64,000 nt of DNA from Candidatus Wolfebacteria bacterium GW2011_GWB1_47_1 (GCA_001029635.1 CP011209.1:350866-414865); one strand, 5' to 3'; counted from the stretch's first letter, positions 1 through 10,982 are shown. Numbers and translations are program-made. Notes: generated by a model from the letters alone, not told the origin.

Positions 1-13
1 ATTGCGCCACATG

Positions 14-41
14 GAGGCGGGTTTATCCCGCCTCTTTTTTT
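14..41 (+). terminator. Intrinsic terminator of an upstream gene
   Basis: GAGGCGGG-tttat-CCCGCCTC followed by a T-run. Confidence 0.75.
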
Positions 42-69
42 ATATCCTCATGACTGATATATTAAAACT

Positions 70-2085
70 ATGAATCGAACAGCCTATACTCCGGACGATT
101 TCGCATGGGCGCAGTGGACCCCGGAAATCATACATCAGAAGATCCAAGAAGCTCTTGTATCAAAAAAAGAACAGTATGCCGTAATCAAAGCGATCGCTCC
201 CGAAGACCGAACATTTGATAATACGATCTTTGCAATCGAATCATCCGATTATGCCCGTACTGATGCCATTTCGCAGATTAACCTATTGATAAACGTCAGT
301 CCATTGCAGGAGGTGCGCAATGCTGCCCAGGAGGCAATTGATCTATTACAGAAGGAACTTGTCGATATTGAGTATGACGAAGATATGTATCGCGCCGTCC
401 AGGAATATGCGGCGAAGAACGAATCACTTGAAGGGTCTGATAAGGTCTTGTTTGATGATACGATGCGTGCGTATAAGCGGATGGGCTTTTCGCTCGATTC
501 TGAGAAGCGACAACAGCTAAAGAATAACCTTAAAGAAATTTCTGAACTTGCGACCGGGTTCGACAAGGCGATCGCGGAACATCAGGATCGTATCATCGTG
601 CGCAGAGAGGAGCTCAAAGGGCTTCCTGAGGCGTATATCAACGGACTGAAGGAGGACAAAGAGGGTAATTGTATTGTCACGTTGGCGTATCCTGATTTTT
701 TCCCGTTTCGCGATCGGTGTGAATCCGCTCCTCGACGCAAGGAATTAGTGGATAAGTTTAATAGGAAAGGTGGTGTGGCGAATATTGAGCGGTTGAAGCG
801 GGTGCTTGAATTGCGCGCGGAGAATGCGACCTTGCTTGGGTACCCGAATCATGCCGCATTCAAACTTGAAGATCGCATGGCCAAGACGGTTGATGCCGTC
901 AATCAGTTTTATAAGGAGATGCAGGCTGCCATTGCGAATCAGGCACGGTTTGATCTACAGTTGCTCGGTGAGATGAAGAAGAAAGATCTCGGTGATCCAT
1001 CCGCCAAACTTGCATATTACGATATTGATTATTATATCCAACGTGACAAGATGCAGGGGTATTCCGTCGACGATGAAGCAATCCGAGAATATTTTCCACT
1101 CGACATGGTTACGCGGGCATTGTTCGACCTGTATTCCACCGTGCTTGGGCTTTCGTTTGTACGTGAACAATTTCCGATCTGGCATGATGCCGCCGAGTGG
1201 TATCGGGTTAGCAATACCGATGGGACCCTTGTTGGATATTTTGCACTCGACCTGTTTCCGCGCGAGGGTAAGTTTAGCCACGCGATGAACCAAGCTGTCG
1301 TGCACGGGAGACTCGCTTCACGCGCTACGGATGCTCCGTATATTGCTCCGGTGTGTGCGGTCGTTGCCAACTTCAATCCGCAGACGACTGACATGCCTTC
1401 ATTATTGAGTCATGGCGAAGTGCAGACCTTGTTCCATGAATTCGGGCATGCCATGCATTCGTTGGTAACGACTGCTTCCTATGCCTCCCAGTCTGGGACA
1501 AGTACTGCGCGTGATTTTGTAGAAGCTCCTTCACAGATGTTTGAGTATTGGGTATGGGAACGGGACTTGCTTAAGAAGATGTCAAAGCATTACGTAACGG
1601 GCGAACCGTTACCTGATGATCTTATCGATCGGATGATCCGCGCGAAAAACCACGCACAAGGATACTTCCTTTTGCGACAGTTGTTTATTGGATCGTTTGA
1701 TATGGCATTGCATACGACGAGCGAACCGGTAGACCCGGTACAAGTCTTTGCCGATCTATATAAGCAGATGTTTGGAATTGATGCATCGAGTGATCAGATG
1801 TGGGCTGCAGGCTTCGGGCATCTAATGGGGTATGATGCCGGCTATTACGGCTACCTCTGGTCTGAGGTCTATGCCTCGGATATGTTTACCCGGTTTAGAC
1901 ATGATGGCGTCCTAAACCCCGCGGTCGGCATGGAATATCGAAAGAAAGTGTTGGAGGTCGGTGGGAGTCGCGACGAGATGGAGTCCGTAGTTGATTTCCT
2001 CGGTCGTACCCCGACGACCGGCGCATTCTTGCGCGACATGGGTCTAGCCACGCGCGATGAGCGAGGGGAGGAGGTTTCTGAATAA
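70..2085 (+). CDS. M3A family zinc oligopeptidase (thimet oligopeptidase/oligopeptidase A-like)
   Basis: FHEFGHAMH HExxH motif, DFVEAPSQMFE, GYDAGYYGYLWSEV, LDLFPREGK. Confidence 0.93.
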   Translation: MNRTAYTPDDFAWAQWTPEIIHQKIQEALVSKKEQYAVIKAIAPEDRTFDNTIFAIESSDYARTDAISQINLLINVSPLQEVRNAAQEAIDLLQKELVDIEYDEDMYRAVQEYAAKNESLEGSDKVLFDDTMRAYKRMGFSLDSEKRQQLKNNLKEISELATGFDKAIAEHQDRIIVRREELKGLPEAYINGLKEDKEGNCIVTLAYPDFFPFRDRCESAPRRKELVDKFNRKGGVANIERLKRVLELRAENATLLGYPNHAAFKLEDRMAKTVDAVNQFYKEMQAAIANQARFDLQLLGEMKKKDLGDPSAKLAYYDIDYYIQRDKMQGYSVDDEAIREYFPLDMVTRALFDLYSTVLGLSFVREQFPIWHDAAEWYRVSNTDGTLVGYFALDLFPREGKFSHAMNQAVVHGRLASRATDAPYIAPVCAVVANFNPQTTDMPSLLSHGEVQTLFHEFGHAMHSLVTTASYASQSGTSTARDFVEAPSQMFEYWVWERDLLKKMSKHYVTGEPLPDDLIDRMIRAKNHAQGYFLLRQLFIGSFDMALHTTSEPVDPVQVFADLYKQMFGIDASSDQMWAAGFGHLMGYDAGYYGYLWSEVYASDMFTRFRHDGVLNPAVGMEYRKKVLEVGGSRDEMESVVDFLGRTPTTGAFLRDMGLATRDERGEEVSE

Positions 2086-2129
2086 TTAAAAACAACGAAG
2101 GATACATTCTCTGCATCTTAGGCGTAATA

Positions 2130-2162
2130 TAAAAAAGCCCTACATTTAAGATGCAGGGCTTC
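2130..2162. terminator. Bidirectional terminator between convergent genes
   Basis: A-run, then an imperfect AAGCCCT...AGGGCTT hairpin. Confidence 0.55.
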
Positions 2163-2182
2163 CCAGAAAGGGCCTAGAGGTA

Positions 2183-2377
2183 TTACTTTTTGTAGCTTCC
2201 GGCATAGGGGCCGAACACCCCGTGACAGACTTCGCGCTCCCACGTTTTCCCGGTTTTGTTGTCCGTCTGCTGGATCCTGTCCATGTGACCGTTGGTGCAG
2301 TGCGTTGTGGTCGTCGTCTTGCCATCGCTTGACGACGTGCTACTTTCACTCGGTCCGAACATCGTGAATAATCCCAT
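2183..2377 (-). CDS. Small hypothetical protein (64 aa, Ser/Thr-rich)
   Basis: AAGGAG RBS before ATG 2377, TTGACA-type promoter upstream, terminator downstream. Confidence 0.6.
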   Translation of the reverse strand: MGLFTMFGPSESSTSSSDGKTTTTTHCTNGHMDRIQQTDNKTGKTWEREVCHGVFGPYAGSYKK

Positions 2378-2526
2378 GACACACTCCTTCTGTATGATTG
2401 GTTTTTCTCTCGTGCGAGAGACGTGATTGGATACTATTGCTAACAATAGAGTCTTTTTATCTATTTTGTCAATCGTCTTCTGTCTGGTTGTCCTCTCTTT
2501 TTTTCGAGTGTATAATAAAAATAATT

Positions 2527-4272
2527 ATGGCATCTCTCAAATATATTTTTGTAACAGGCGGAGTAATGTCGGGAGTTGGAAAGGGTGTGGCTGCTGCATC
2601 TATTGCGAAGATCCTTCAGTCGAAGGGTTTTGCCGTCACCGCTTTAAAGATCGACCCGTATGTTAACGTCGACGCGGGGACGATGAACCCCACTGAGCAC
2701 GGTGAGGTTTTTGTTTTGGATGACGGTATGGAATGCGATCAAGACATGGGTAACTATGAGCGCTTCCTGAACACGAGCCTTTCCAGTGCGAACTATATGA
2801 CCACGGGGAGCGTCTATCTCTCATTGATCAACCGGGAGCGCAGCCTTGCATTTGAGGGTAAGTGCGTGGAGGTCGTGCCCCATGTACCCCTTGAGGTCAT
2901 CGAGCGTATCAATAAGGCGGCTAAAAAAGAAAAGGCTGATATCGTCATCGTTGAGATCGGTGGTACGGTGGGCGAATATCAGAACGTCCTATTCCTTGAG
3001 GCTGTGCGCATGCTAAAGGCGCGCAATCATGATGATGTCGCGTTGGTATTGGTCAGCTATCTGCCGCAGCAGGGCGAGGGAGGAGAGCTGAAGACGAAGC
3101 CAACCCAGTATGCAGTTCGGACACTCAACTCTGCTGCTCTGCAGCCGGATGTCATCTTGGCGCGTGCGAAGATCGCGCTTGATAAACCGCGCAAGGAAAA
3201 GATCGCGTTTAACTGCAATCTCGATAGCGATGCGGTCATTTCTGCTCCTGATGTAAAAAGCATCTACGATATTCCGATTAATTTCGAGCATGATAATTTG
3301 AGTGGTATTTTGATGAAGCGACTTAGATTGAAGCCGCGCAAGAACGACCTTAAAGATTGGAAAGCGTTCGTGAACAAGACGCATGCGGTTACTAAGCCGG
3401 TCAAGGTCGGCATTGTGGGAAAATATTTTTCGAGTGGCGAGTTTGTACTTGCGGATTCATATATTTCCGTCATCGAGGCGGTGAAGCATGCCGCCTATGC
3501 GGAGGGGAGAATTCCGGAGATCCACTGGCTTAATGCCGGCGACTTCGACCCGTTGGGTGTTGGCACGAAGATGTCAAAAGATAATCTGAAACTGTTAAAG
3601 CAGTATGATGGTGTTATTGTACCGGGTGGTTTTGGTAACCGTGGGATCGAAGGTAAGATCTCGGTCATCGGCTATCTGCGCGAGCAAAAGATCCCGTTCT
3701 TTGGATTGTGCTATGGTATGCAATTAGCCACCGTTGAATTTGCCCGGAACGTTGCAGGGTTGAAGGGTGCGCACACGACCGAGGTTGATAAAAAGGCTAC
3801 CTATCCGGTGATTGATATTTTGCCGGAACAGCGGGAGAAGATGGCGCAAAAGGAGTATGGCGCGACTATGCGATTGGGAGCATATCCTGCAGTCGTGGAA
3901 AAAGGTACTCACGCTCATATGGCGTATAAAGGAAGCCATTTTCAGATCGAGGGAAACAAGCGACGCAAGGAAGATAAACTGAAGCTTCCCGCGGACGAGT
4001 TGGTTATATTCGAGCGGCACCGCCATCGCTATGAAGTGAATCCGATCTATGTAGAGAAGTTGCAGGAAAAAGGTTTGGTATTTTCGGGCACGTCCCCTGA
4101 CCGGCGATTGATGGAAATTGTTGAATTGCCCAAAACGAAGCATCCTTTCTTCTTGGCGACGCAATTTCATCCGGAATTTACCGCGCGGCCGTTGGCCCCG
4201 CATCCGCTGTTCGTTGCATTTGTAAAGGCGGCGATACAAATGCCGAAAAATGGAAAAGGAAAAATGAAATAA
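2527..4272 (+). CDS. pyrG: CTP synthase
   Basis: KYIFVTGGVMSGVGKG, KIDPYVNVDAGTMNPTEHGE, GLCYGMQ, QFHPEF; start moved to ATG 2527. Confidence 0.97.
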   Translation: MASLKYIFVTGGVMSGVGKGVAAASIAKILQSKGFAVTALKIDPYVNVDAGTMNPTEHGEVFVLDDGMECDQDMGNYERFLNTSLSSANYMTTGSVYLSLINRERSLAFEGKCVEVVPHVPLEVIERINKAAKKEKADIVIVEIGGTVGEYQNVLFLEAVRMLKARNHDDVALVLVSYLPQQGEGGELKTKPTQYAVRTLNSAALQPDVILARAKIALDKPRKEKIAFNCNLDSDAVISAPDVKSIYDIPINFEHDNLSGILMKRLRLKPRKNDLKDWKAFVNKTHAVTKPVKVGIVGKYFSSGEFVLADSYISVIEAVKHAAYAEGRIPEIHWLNAGDFDPLGVGTKMSKDNLKLLKQYDGVIVPGGFGNRGIEGKISVIGYLREQKIPFFGLCYGMQLATVEFARNVAGLKGAHTTEVDKKATYPVIDILPEQREKMAQKEYGATMRLGAYPAVVEKGTHAHMAYKGSHFQIEGNKRRKEDKLKLPADELVIFERHRHRYEVNPIYVEKLQEKGLVFSGTSPDRRLMEIVELPKTKHPFFLATQFHPEFTARPLAPHPLFVAFVKAAIQMPKNGKGKMK

Positions 4273-4279
4273 GAAACAT

Positions 4280-4320
4280 AAAAAGCGCCCATCGGATGAA
4301 CCGATGGGCGTTGTTGTTTG
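4280..4320. terminator. Bidirectional terminator
   Basis: CGCCCATCGG-atgaa-CCGATGGGCG with A- and T-rich flanks. Confidence 0.7.
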
Positions 4321-4356
4321 TACCGAGATGCGAATGGATTAGAATAAGTCCTTCAT

Positions 4357-4965
4357 CTATTGGTCTACTGACTGGGATGAAAGAATAATATCGAAGGTGG
4401 GCATGCTGTGCATCTTATCTCCTCTACGCTGCACGATCTGTATTCCTTTGAACTTGTCGATCGCGTGTGCCATTACGGGCTTCCAGTCGAATGCGCTTCC
4501 GTGACTTGGTATGGTCATGTGCAGTAGATGCGAATATTGCTCTGTGACTTTCAAATTCATGCCTAGTGGGTCAATGCTTTCGCAGCCAAGGCGCTCTAGT
4601 GCCTTGTCGAGTTCATGGCCAACGCGATCTTTTACGCGAAATCCCTCATTGAGATCGAGGATGAGTTCCGTTTCTTCGGTATTCATTCTCGCTCTGCATC
4701 CTCCGATCCACGCAGAATTGTTTTCGAGTGGGTTGTCATTTCCTCGGATTACGATTCTTTTTCCTGATGTCTGCGTCCTATGTGCGACGTACTGTTCACC
4801 GTCGATCATGACGATGCGCAGGAGTGGATTGCGCATTGCTCGCTGTATAATCAGCTTCTTAAGCAGGGACTGATCTCGGGCGCTTCTCATTGCGAGTGTT
4901 GCCAAGCGTTGCAGGATGAGCATCTTTTGTCTCCATGCGTGTAATGTCCTATTGAGGGGTCTCAT
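4357..4965 (-). CDS. Hypothetical protein
   Basis: Long ORF with GGGAGG RBS ahead of ATG 4965; no recognised domain. Confidence 0.6.
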   Translation of the reverse strand: MRPLNRTLHAWRQKMLILQRLATLAMRSARDQSLLKKLIIQRAMRNPLLRIVMIDGEQYVAHRTQTSGKRIVIRGNDNPLENNSAWIGGCRARMNTEETELILDLNEGFRVKDRVGHELDKALERLGCESIDPLGMNLKVTEQYSHLLHMTIPSHGSAFDWKPVMAHAIDKFKGIQIVQRRGDKMHSMPTFDIILSSQSVDQ

Positions 4966-5062
4966 CGTTGCTTCCTCCCTGTTTTTAAAATGATATTGCT
5001 GCGCTGATTTTGCCATTATTTTTACCCCTTGTAAAGAAATCCTTGAATTCAAGTACCGATTA

Positions 5063-5091
5063 TTGACTAAATCAATGAAATGATGTATATT
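5063..5091 (+). promoter_or_regulatory. Sigma70-type promoter for the small Cys-rich ORF
   Basis: TTGACT-17 nt-TATATT. Confidence 0.6.
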
Positions 5092-5133
5092 TTTTTTAGT
5101 ATCTTATCGAATCAATATTTATTGGAGGATTCT

Positions 5134-5214
5134 ATGCGACACGACAGTAGCTACTCTTTATGCGATCCCTGCACTGGTTGTGGCGGATGTGGTTCTGGCG
5201 GCAGTCGCCGCTGA
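5134..5214 (+). CDS. Unannotated 26-aa Cys/Gly-rich peptide MRHDSSYSLCDPCTGCGGCGSGGSRR
   Basis: GGAGGA RBS, promoter upstream, terminator downstream; CxxCxxCxxC. Confidence 0.55.
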   Translation: MRHDSSYSLCDPCTGCGGCGSGGSRR

Positions 5215-5249
5215 TCATCCTGGTTCGTTTATCCTACGGACTCTTGTAT

Positions 5250-5278
5250 TTAAAGCCCCTTCAGGGGCTTTATTTTTT
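5250..5278 (+). terminator. Intrinsic terminator between the small peptide and the cysteine desulfurase
   Basis: TAAAGCCCC-ttca-GGGGCTTTA followed by a T-run. Confidence 0.7.
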
Positions 5279-5315
5279 GGTTGCATTTTTGCTGTATAAT
5301 AGCTATATACCATAT

Positions 5316-6539
5316 ATGCAACGCATCTATTTGGATAACGCGGCGACCACGCCGCTTGATACTGAAGTTAAAAAGGCCATGGAGCCGTATTTTGACGATA
5401 TCTATGGCAACCCCAATTCGTTGCACTGGTTCGGCCAGCAGGCTCGCGCGGCTGTTGATTGGGCGCGGGAAACTATCGCAGATGCAATTGGCGCTCGATT
5501 TCGGGAAGTCATTTTTACCGGCTCAGCTACTGAGGCAAACAACCTTGCCTTGCGAGGCGCGATCAACAAGGCACGGCCGACTTTTACAGCGCTCTATGGC
5601 GATAAGCCAATGAAGGTTATTGTGTCTGCTATTGAGCATGATTCAGTTTTGGATACGGCTCGCGCGCTTGAGGAAGAAGGAGTTGAACTTGTCATACTTC
5701 CTGTTGATGTGAACGGATTTGTCGATGTGCAAGCGCTTGCCGATGCGCTCGATGAACGAACAGTCATTGTTTCGATCATGTATGCGAACAACGAGATTGG
5801 ATCCGTTCAGCCGATTACAGAAATCGCCGCGCAAATCGCGCAGTTCCGATCACGTGAGAATGCTTTGCCGTATTATCCACTATTACATGTTGATGCCGTG
5901 CAGGCGTTTCAGTTTTTGGATTGTACTGTTGATATGCTCGGCGTGGATATGATGACGCTTTCTGGGCACAAGATCTATGGGCCTAAGGGGGTCGGCGTGC
6001 TCTATGCGCGTACTATGGATAGTGTGACGCATATGCAAGACGACCGTATGCATATCATTAGTCCTCGGATGACGGGCGGTGGCCAGGAATTTGGCATGCG
6101 CTCGGGTACCGAGAATGTTCCGGCCATCGTTGGTTTTGCAAAGGCCGTTGAGCTTGCTGTTGCGCGTCGCACTGAATGTGCCGATCAGATCGCACGTCTA
6201 CACTCCCTGTTTTGGGAGCAGTTACATGGGGCATGTCCCGAGGTCGTATTAAACAGTCCTCATGCAGGTGATGCGCCTTATCTTCCCAATATCATAAATA
6301 TACATATTCCTGGTCAAAAAGGAGGGGAGTTGCTCATTGCGCTCGACCTGCAGGGGGTTGCCGTCTCGAGCGGGTCTGCGTGTGCTGCGCGTTCTGCAAC
6401 GCAATCGCATGTATTGCGAGCACTTGGATTTTCTGATGAGCGATCCAGGAGGAGCCTTCGGTTCAGCTTTGGCCGACATACGACGGCGCGAGATATTGAC
6501 GGTTGCATTGCTGCGTTGGTGCGGATCCTTGCCGCTTGA
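5316..6539 (+). CDS. iscS: Cysteine desulfurase, IscS/NifS group I (PLP-dependent)
   Basis: IYLDNAATT, SGHKIYGPKG (PLP Lys), RSGTENV, SSGSACAA; start moved to ATG 5316. Confidence 0.92.
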   Translation: MQRIYLDNAATTPLDTEVKKAMEPYFDDIYGNPNSLHWFGQQARAAVDWARETIADAIGARFREVIFTGSATEANNLALRGAINKARPTFTALYGDKPMKVIVSAIEHDSVLDTARALEEEGVELVILPVDVNGFVDVQALADALDERTVIVSIMYANNEIGSVQPITEIAAQIAQFRSRENALPYYPLLHVDAVQAFQFLDCTVDMLGVDMMTLSGHKIYGPKGVGVLYARTMDSVTHMQDDRMHIISPRMTGGGQEFGMRSGTENVPAIVGFAKAVELAVARRTECADQIARLHSLFWEQLHGACPEVVLNSPHAGDAPYLPNIINIHIPGQKGGELLIALDLQGVAVSSGSACAARSATQSHVLRALGFSDERSRRSLRFSFGRHTTARDIDGCIAALVRILAA

Positions 6540-6657
6540 CGATTGCGGTTTTTGCGGTTTGTTGGTATGGTTTGCATGCCCGATTTTCGGGGTATCACGG
6601 TTGTGGTATAGTATATAGGTAATATATAAGTAACACTCTATCGATATTTTGTTTTCA

Positions 6658-9318
6658 ATGAATAATTTCAACCGATTTACAATCAAAGCACAGGAAGCGT
6701 TACAGAATGCGCAGGACTTTGCCGCTAAGGAGAATCATGGCGAATTAAAGGCGTTACATTTGCTGGTCGCGCTCGTGACCGATGAGAGCACTCTGGTGCG
6801 CCCGCTGCTTGCCAAGGCGGGGGTGAGCGCTGATGAGGTGCGCTCGGGAGCTATCGTGGAATTGATGAACGAACCCAAAGCAATGGGGAGCGTGAATTTG
6901 TCGCAGTTATATCTTTCCCAGGAGTTAATGAACATTCTCGATAAGGCGGGGAAGATCGCGCAGCATCAGAAGGATGAGTATATTTCGTGTGAGCATTTGT
7001 TGCTGGCTATCCTTGAAGCCGGTTCCTCGAAGGCTTCGAAGATTTTAGTGGAGCTGGGATTCAAGCGTGATGCGGCGATCCGCATCCTTGCTCAGTTGCG
7101 TGGCTCATCGCGGATCACTGATGAAACGCCTGAGACCAAATTTCAGGTGCTTGAAAAGTATGGCGTTAATCTTACTGATATGGCGCGTGACGGTAAGCTT
7201 GATCCAGTTATCGGGCGGGACGAGGAGCTGCGCCGGGTTATTCAGGTATTGAGCCGCCGAACAAAGAACAACCCCGTATTGATCGGGGAACCGGGTGTCG
7301 GTAAAACGGCTGTCGTCGAAGGACTTGCGCAGCGCATCATCACTGGCGACGTCCCTGAACCGTTAAAGGACAAGGAGCTCGTTATGCTCGATCTGGGGGC
7401 TCTTATCGCCGGAACGAAGTTCCGTGGCGAATTCGAGGACCGCCTCAAAGCATTCATGCGTGAGGTCCAGAATTCGAATGGACGCATTATTCTGTTTATT
7501 GACGAGATCCACATGATTGTCGGGGCGGGTGCTGCTGAGGGTGCGATCGATGCATCAAATCTCTTGAAGCCGCCGTTGGCGCGCGGAGAGTTGCATGCGA
7601 TCGGAGCGACGACCATCAGCGAATATCAACGACATATTGAAAAAGACATGGCACTTGAGCGTCGATTTCAGCCGATCGTGGTGGAGGAGCCGACTATCGA
7701 AGACAGCATCGCGATCCTGCGTGGACTGAAGGAAAAATATGAACTGCACCACGGTATCCGCATTAGTGATGAAGCGATCGTGTCCGCAGTGAATTTGTCT
7801 GCCCGGTATTTGACCGATCGATTTTTGCCGGACAAGGCGATTGATTTGATCGATGAAGCATCTGCCGCCCGACGACTTGAATCGGAAAGCCTACCTGCCG
7901 AGATCGATAAGGTCCGTCATGAGATTATTAAGCTTGAGATCGAGAAGTCTGCTTTGTCGACTGAAAAATCCGAAAAAGCTAAAGATCGGCTCAAGGGGAT
8001 CGAAAAGGAATTGCACGTACTCAAGGAGCGCAATGATGAACTATCCGCGAAGTGGCATGCGGAGAAATTAACCTTCGAGGAATTTCACAATCTGAAAAAG
8101 AAAATCGAGGAGCTGAAACGCCAAGCTGAGCTTGCCGAGCGCGAGGGAAGTCTTGATAAGGTGGCAAAAATCCTGTACGGCGAATTGCCTCAGGCAGAAA
8201 AGGACCTCGCGGTGTTCGAGAAGAAGTTTATTGAAACAGGAAAGTCTAAGGGAAAGAAAAACGAAAGTGAAAAGTTCATCAAAGAGGCGATCGACGAGCA
8301 CGATGTTGCTGCGGTTGTTTCTAAGTGGACGCATATTCCTGTTACCAAGATGATTGAGTCGGAAGCCAATAAACTTTCGACCATCGAAGACCAATTACGC
8401 GCACGCGTGGTTGGGCAGGAAGATGCCGTAAGGGCCATTGCAAATGCCCTTCGACGAGCCCGTACGGGACTTTCGGACGAGAAGCGACCCTTTGGTTCCT
8501 TTATGTTCCTTGGACCTACCGGGGTTGGGAAGACCGAGCTTGCCAAGGCACTCGCCGAGATTATGTTCAATGATGAAAAAGCATTGGTTCGCGTCGACAT
8601 GTCCGAGTATATGGAACGACATTCCGTCTCTCGCCTGATTGGTTCACCTCCTGGTTATGTTGGTCATGAAGAGGGAGGTAAGCTGACCGATGCTATCCGT
8701 CATCGTCCCTATAGCCTGATCCTCTTTGATGAAATCGAAAAGGCACACCCTGATGTGTTTAATATTCTGCTACAGGTGCTCGACAATGGGCGCTTGACCG
8801 ACAGTAAAGGGAAGAGTGTTAACTTTAGAAATTCAATTATTATTTTGACCTCGAACGTGGGGAGTGAATATTTCCATGAAATGTCCAGGCTTGGATTTGA
8901 GACGACCAAGGATGAGGAGGTTGGGGCAGAACAGGAAGAGTTGTTTAAGGAGCGGGTTAATCTCGCACTGAAGGACACCTTCCGCCCCGAATTCCTTAAT
9001 CGACTGGATGAGATCATTGTATTCAATCCGCTGACGCCGAAGGAGATCGAATCGATTGTAGAGATACAAATCAATGAGGTACTGCATCGACTGCAGCAAC
9101 GAAATCTAAACGTAACCATCGACGCATCCGTGAAGAAGCATATTGCCGAGCATGGGTTTGATCCGGATTATGGCGCGCGACCCATTAAGCGGTTGATCCA
9201 GAAGACTATCTTGGATCAGTTGGCAGACAGGATCATTAAAGGGGAATTCAACAATGTTAAAAAGATTAAAATCAGCTTTAAAGATAGCCGTCTCAACATC
9301 GTTTCCACTCGCGCTTAG
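6658..9318 (+). CDS. clpB: ATP-dependent chaperone ClpB
   Basis: Clp N domain, two AAA+ modules ([16 protein letters not shown]), long coiled-coil middle domain, GYVG pore loop. Confidence 0.93.
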   Translation: MNNFNRFTIKAQEALQNAQDFAAKENHGELKALHLLVALVTDESTLVRPLLAKAGVSADEVRSGAIVELMNEPKAMGSVNLSQLYLSQELMNILDKAGKIAQHQKDEYISCEHLLLAILEAGSSKASKILVELGFKRDAAIRILAQLRGSSRITDETPETKFQVLEKYGVNLTDMARDGKLDPVIGRDEELRRVIQVLSRRTKNNPVLIGEPGVGKTAVVEGLAQRIITGDVPEPLKDKELVMLDLGALIAGTKFRGEFEDRLKAFMREVQNSNGRIILFIDEIHMIVGAGAAEGAIDASNLLKPPLARGELHAIGATTISEYQRHIEKDMALERRFQPIVVEEPTIEDSIAILRGLKEKYELHHGIRISDEAIVSAVNLSARYLTDRFLPDKAIDLIDEASAARRLESESLPAEIDKVRHEIIKLEIEKSALSTEKSEKAKDRLKGIEKELHVLKERNDELSAKWHAEKLTFEEFHNLKKKIEELKRQAELAEREGSLDKVAKILYGELPQAEKDLAVFEKKFIETGKSKGKKNESEKFIKEAIDEHDVAAVVSKWTHIPVTKMIESEANKLSTIEDQLRARVVGQEDAVRAIANALRRARTGLSDEKRPFGSFMFLGPTGVGKTELAKALAEIMFNDEKALVRVDMSEYMERHSVSRLIGSPPGYVGHEEGGKLTDAIRHRPYSLILFDEIEKAHPDVFNILLQVLDNGRLTDSKGKSVNFRNSIIILTSNVGSEYFHEMSRLGFETTKDEEVGAEQEELFKERVNLALKDTFRPEFLNRLDEIIVFNPLTPKEIESIVEIQINEVLHRLQQRNLNVTIDASVKKHIAEHGFDPDYGARPIKRLIQKTILDQLADRIIKGEFNNVKKIKISFKDSRLNIVSTRA

Positions 9319-10129
9319 GGTTAGTCGTTATTTTGGACGGAAGGCGCTTGTTTTCTCGACATCGTTGGCTAAGCGTCTGCGCCTCCCGATTTTGATGCCA
9401 TCCATTCTTCGTGCGACATTCTTCGGGGGTACGCTGACACTTGCCGTGATTAATGGAGGATTCTTTTGGGCGTCGTTGTTCTTTGCGGCTGCCTTCTCTG
9501 GATACTTCCGCTCGCTGTTTGAATGGAATACGTTTCTGTACTCGTTCTTTGTTTTGACGTTGTATGCGTATCTGGGTACGTCGTTCCTAATGAGCACATC
9601 CGAGGTCGGGGGGGCTTCCGGTAATATGCCTGTGGTCCTCGCTTCTATGGTGTTCGGTACATTGTTTTTCCTATTGCTTGGTATTAAAGAATTTCTTTTT
9701 CTGTGGAGGCATGCCATCTTTAACTTTCTTTCGGGAGCACTTTATTTTTTCATTGGCGGAACATTTTTTATCGTCGATAAGAGTGCCGCGGGAGATTTTC
9801 TATTGTACTTCTTACTTTCATTCGTCGCGCTGTACCTACTCATCAGGGAATCGATCGAATTCTTCATGGAAGACGCCCCAAAGCGCAAGAAGGAGCTCTT
9901 GGTTATCGGTTCGGCAGTATTGGTCGCTGAGTTCTTGAGCGTAGTGAGTATTTTGCCGATCGGATTTTTGAATTCTGCGGCACTCATCATCCTTTTCGTC
10001 TTTATTCTTGAGGATCTAGTTTACTACCATCTTAAGGGAACGCTTGATCGGCAGATCGTATTGAACAACATGACAATCCTTATCGTCTGTCTGTTATTCA
10101 TATTTGCAACGTCTAAGTTGTCGTTATAA
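9254..10129 (+). CDS. Multi-pass membrane protein of unknown function (start uncertain)
   Basis: About 8-9 hydrophobic segments; the longest start overlaps the clpB 3' end. Confidence 0.7.
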   Translation: MLKRLKSALKIAVSTSFPLALRVSRYFGRKALVFSTSLAKRLRLPILMPSILRATFFGGTLTLAVINGGFFWASLFFAAAFSGYFRSLFEWNTFLYSFFVLTLYAYLGTSFLMSTSEVGGASGNMPVVLASMVFGTLFFLLLGIKEFLFLWRHAIFNFLSGALYFFIGGTFFIVDKSAAGDFLLYFLLSFVALYLLIRESIEFFMEDAPKRKKELLVIGSAVLVAEFLSVVSILPIGFLNSAALIILFVFILEDLVYYHLKGTLDRQIVLNNMTILIVCLLFIFATSKLSL

Positions 10130-10199
10130 TCTGTTGACAAAATAGTGCTTTTGCGTCATTTTGGTTTTAGCAACTTATTCCATACATAACGAGGTGGAC

Positions 10200-10472
10200 A
10201 TGAAGGGGAGAGTAAAGAGAAAGTATCCGTTATTTCGAAACATTCTGATCCGGGTCGAGCACTACGCTAAAGCTTGCGTGGTCCGCAAGGCGGACGCGGA
10301 GCAGGTTGAGCGGTGCTGCATACTGTTGCAAACGTCGGTCGTATCTCATAGTCATCGTGCGGTGGTCATCGCCGAGTTGACACGTATTGCGGGTATGCTC
10401 CCTGAGCACTTCACAGATATGCGTAAGCATATCGAATTTACCCGACAGGAACTTTCTGCGGCCGCGGCATAG
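10200..10472 (+). CDS. Small helical orphan protein (repeat family member 1)
   Basis: GAGGTG RBS, TTGACA upstream; weak similarity to the downstream repeat. Confidence 0.65.
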   Translation: MKGRVKRKYPLFRNILIRVEHYAKACVVRKADAEQVERCCILLQTSVVSHSHRAVVIAELTRIAGMLPEHFTDMRKHIEFTRQELSAAAA

Positions 10473-10481
10473 GGAGGAAGT

Positions 10482-10961
10482 ATGACAGAAGAACGCAAAC
10501 CCTGGTATCTGCACACGTTGTCGCGTATGGATGCGCGGGCGAGAGAGCTTTGCCCCAATAACGCCTTGCGTGGGCTAGGCGAACGTATTGTCGCCGCTGA
10601 GCTTTCGGGGTCCGAGTGCGACACAATCGATGCGGAGCTCGAGCGCATGCTCCGGGAAAACGGCAGCCAGTACGACCAGATGGGTCTCAGCTTTCTCAAG
10701 CATTTTCAAGAGCAGGTCAGGAGGTGGCCGTGGTACGTTACGCTGCTTGAACAGATGGCCGAGTACGCACGCACATCGGGGTTCATGCGCAATTTGCGTG
10801 AGGCGGGCGAAGATCTTCGCCTTTCCTACATGGATGCGGTGGAGTACGAATCGGTCGTTACGGAGCTCGAGCGCATGGTACGTGAAGATCAGCAGATGTA
10901 TCGTTCTGCGGCTGTGGAGTACCTTATCTGTTTGCGTGCGCAGATCGTTGCTCAAGCGTAG
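10482..10961 (+). CDS. Orphan protein with two tandem ~76-aa repeats
   Basis: GGGAGG RBS; PWY...AR...LR..GE...ELERM.RE...Y occurs twice. Confidence 0.75.
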   Translation: MTEERKPWYLHTLSRMDARARELCPNNALRGLGERIVAAELSGSECDTIDAELERMLRENGSQYDQMGLSFLKHFQEQVRRWPWYVTLLEQMAEYARTSGFMRNLREAGEDLRLSYMDAVEYESVVTELERMVREDQQMYRSAAVEYLICLRAQIVAQA

Positions 10962-10982
10962 CGCTCACACACTCTTTGTAGT

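Noticed and set aside
5212-5253. Selenocysteine read-through of the small peptide TGA
   Set aside because: No recognisable SECIS hairpin follows immediately and there are no sel genes in the window.
5160-5315. N-terminal extension of the cysteine desulfurase in the ORF track
   Set aside because: It spans a terminator, and homology begins at MQRIYLDNAATT (5316).
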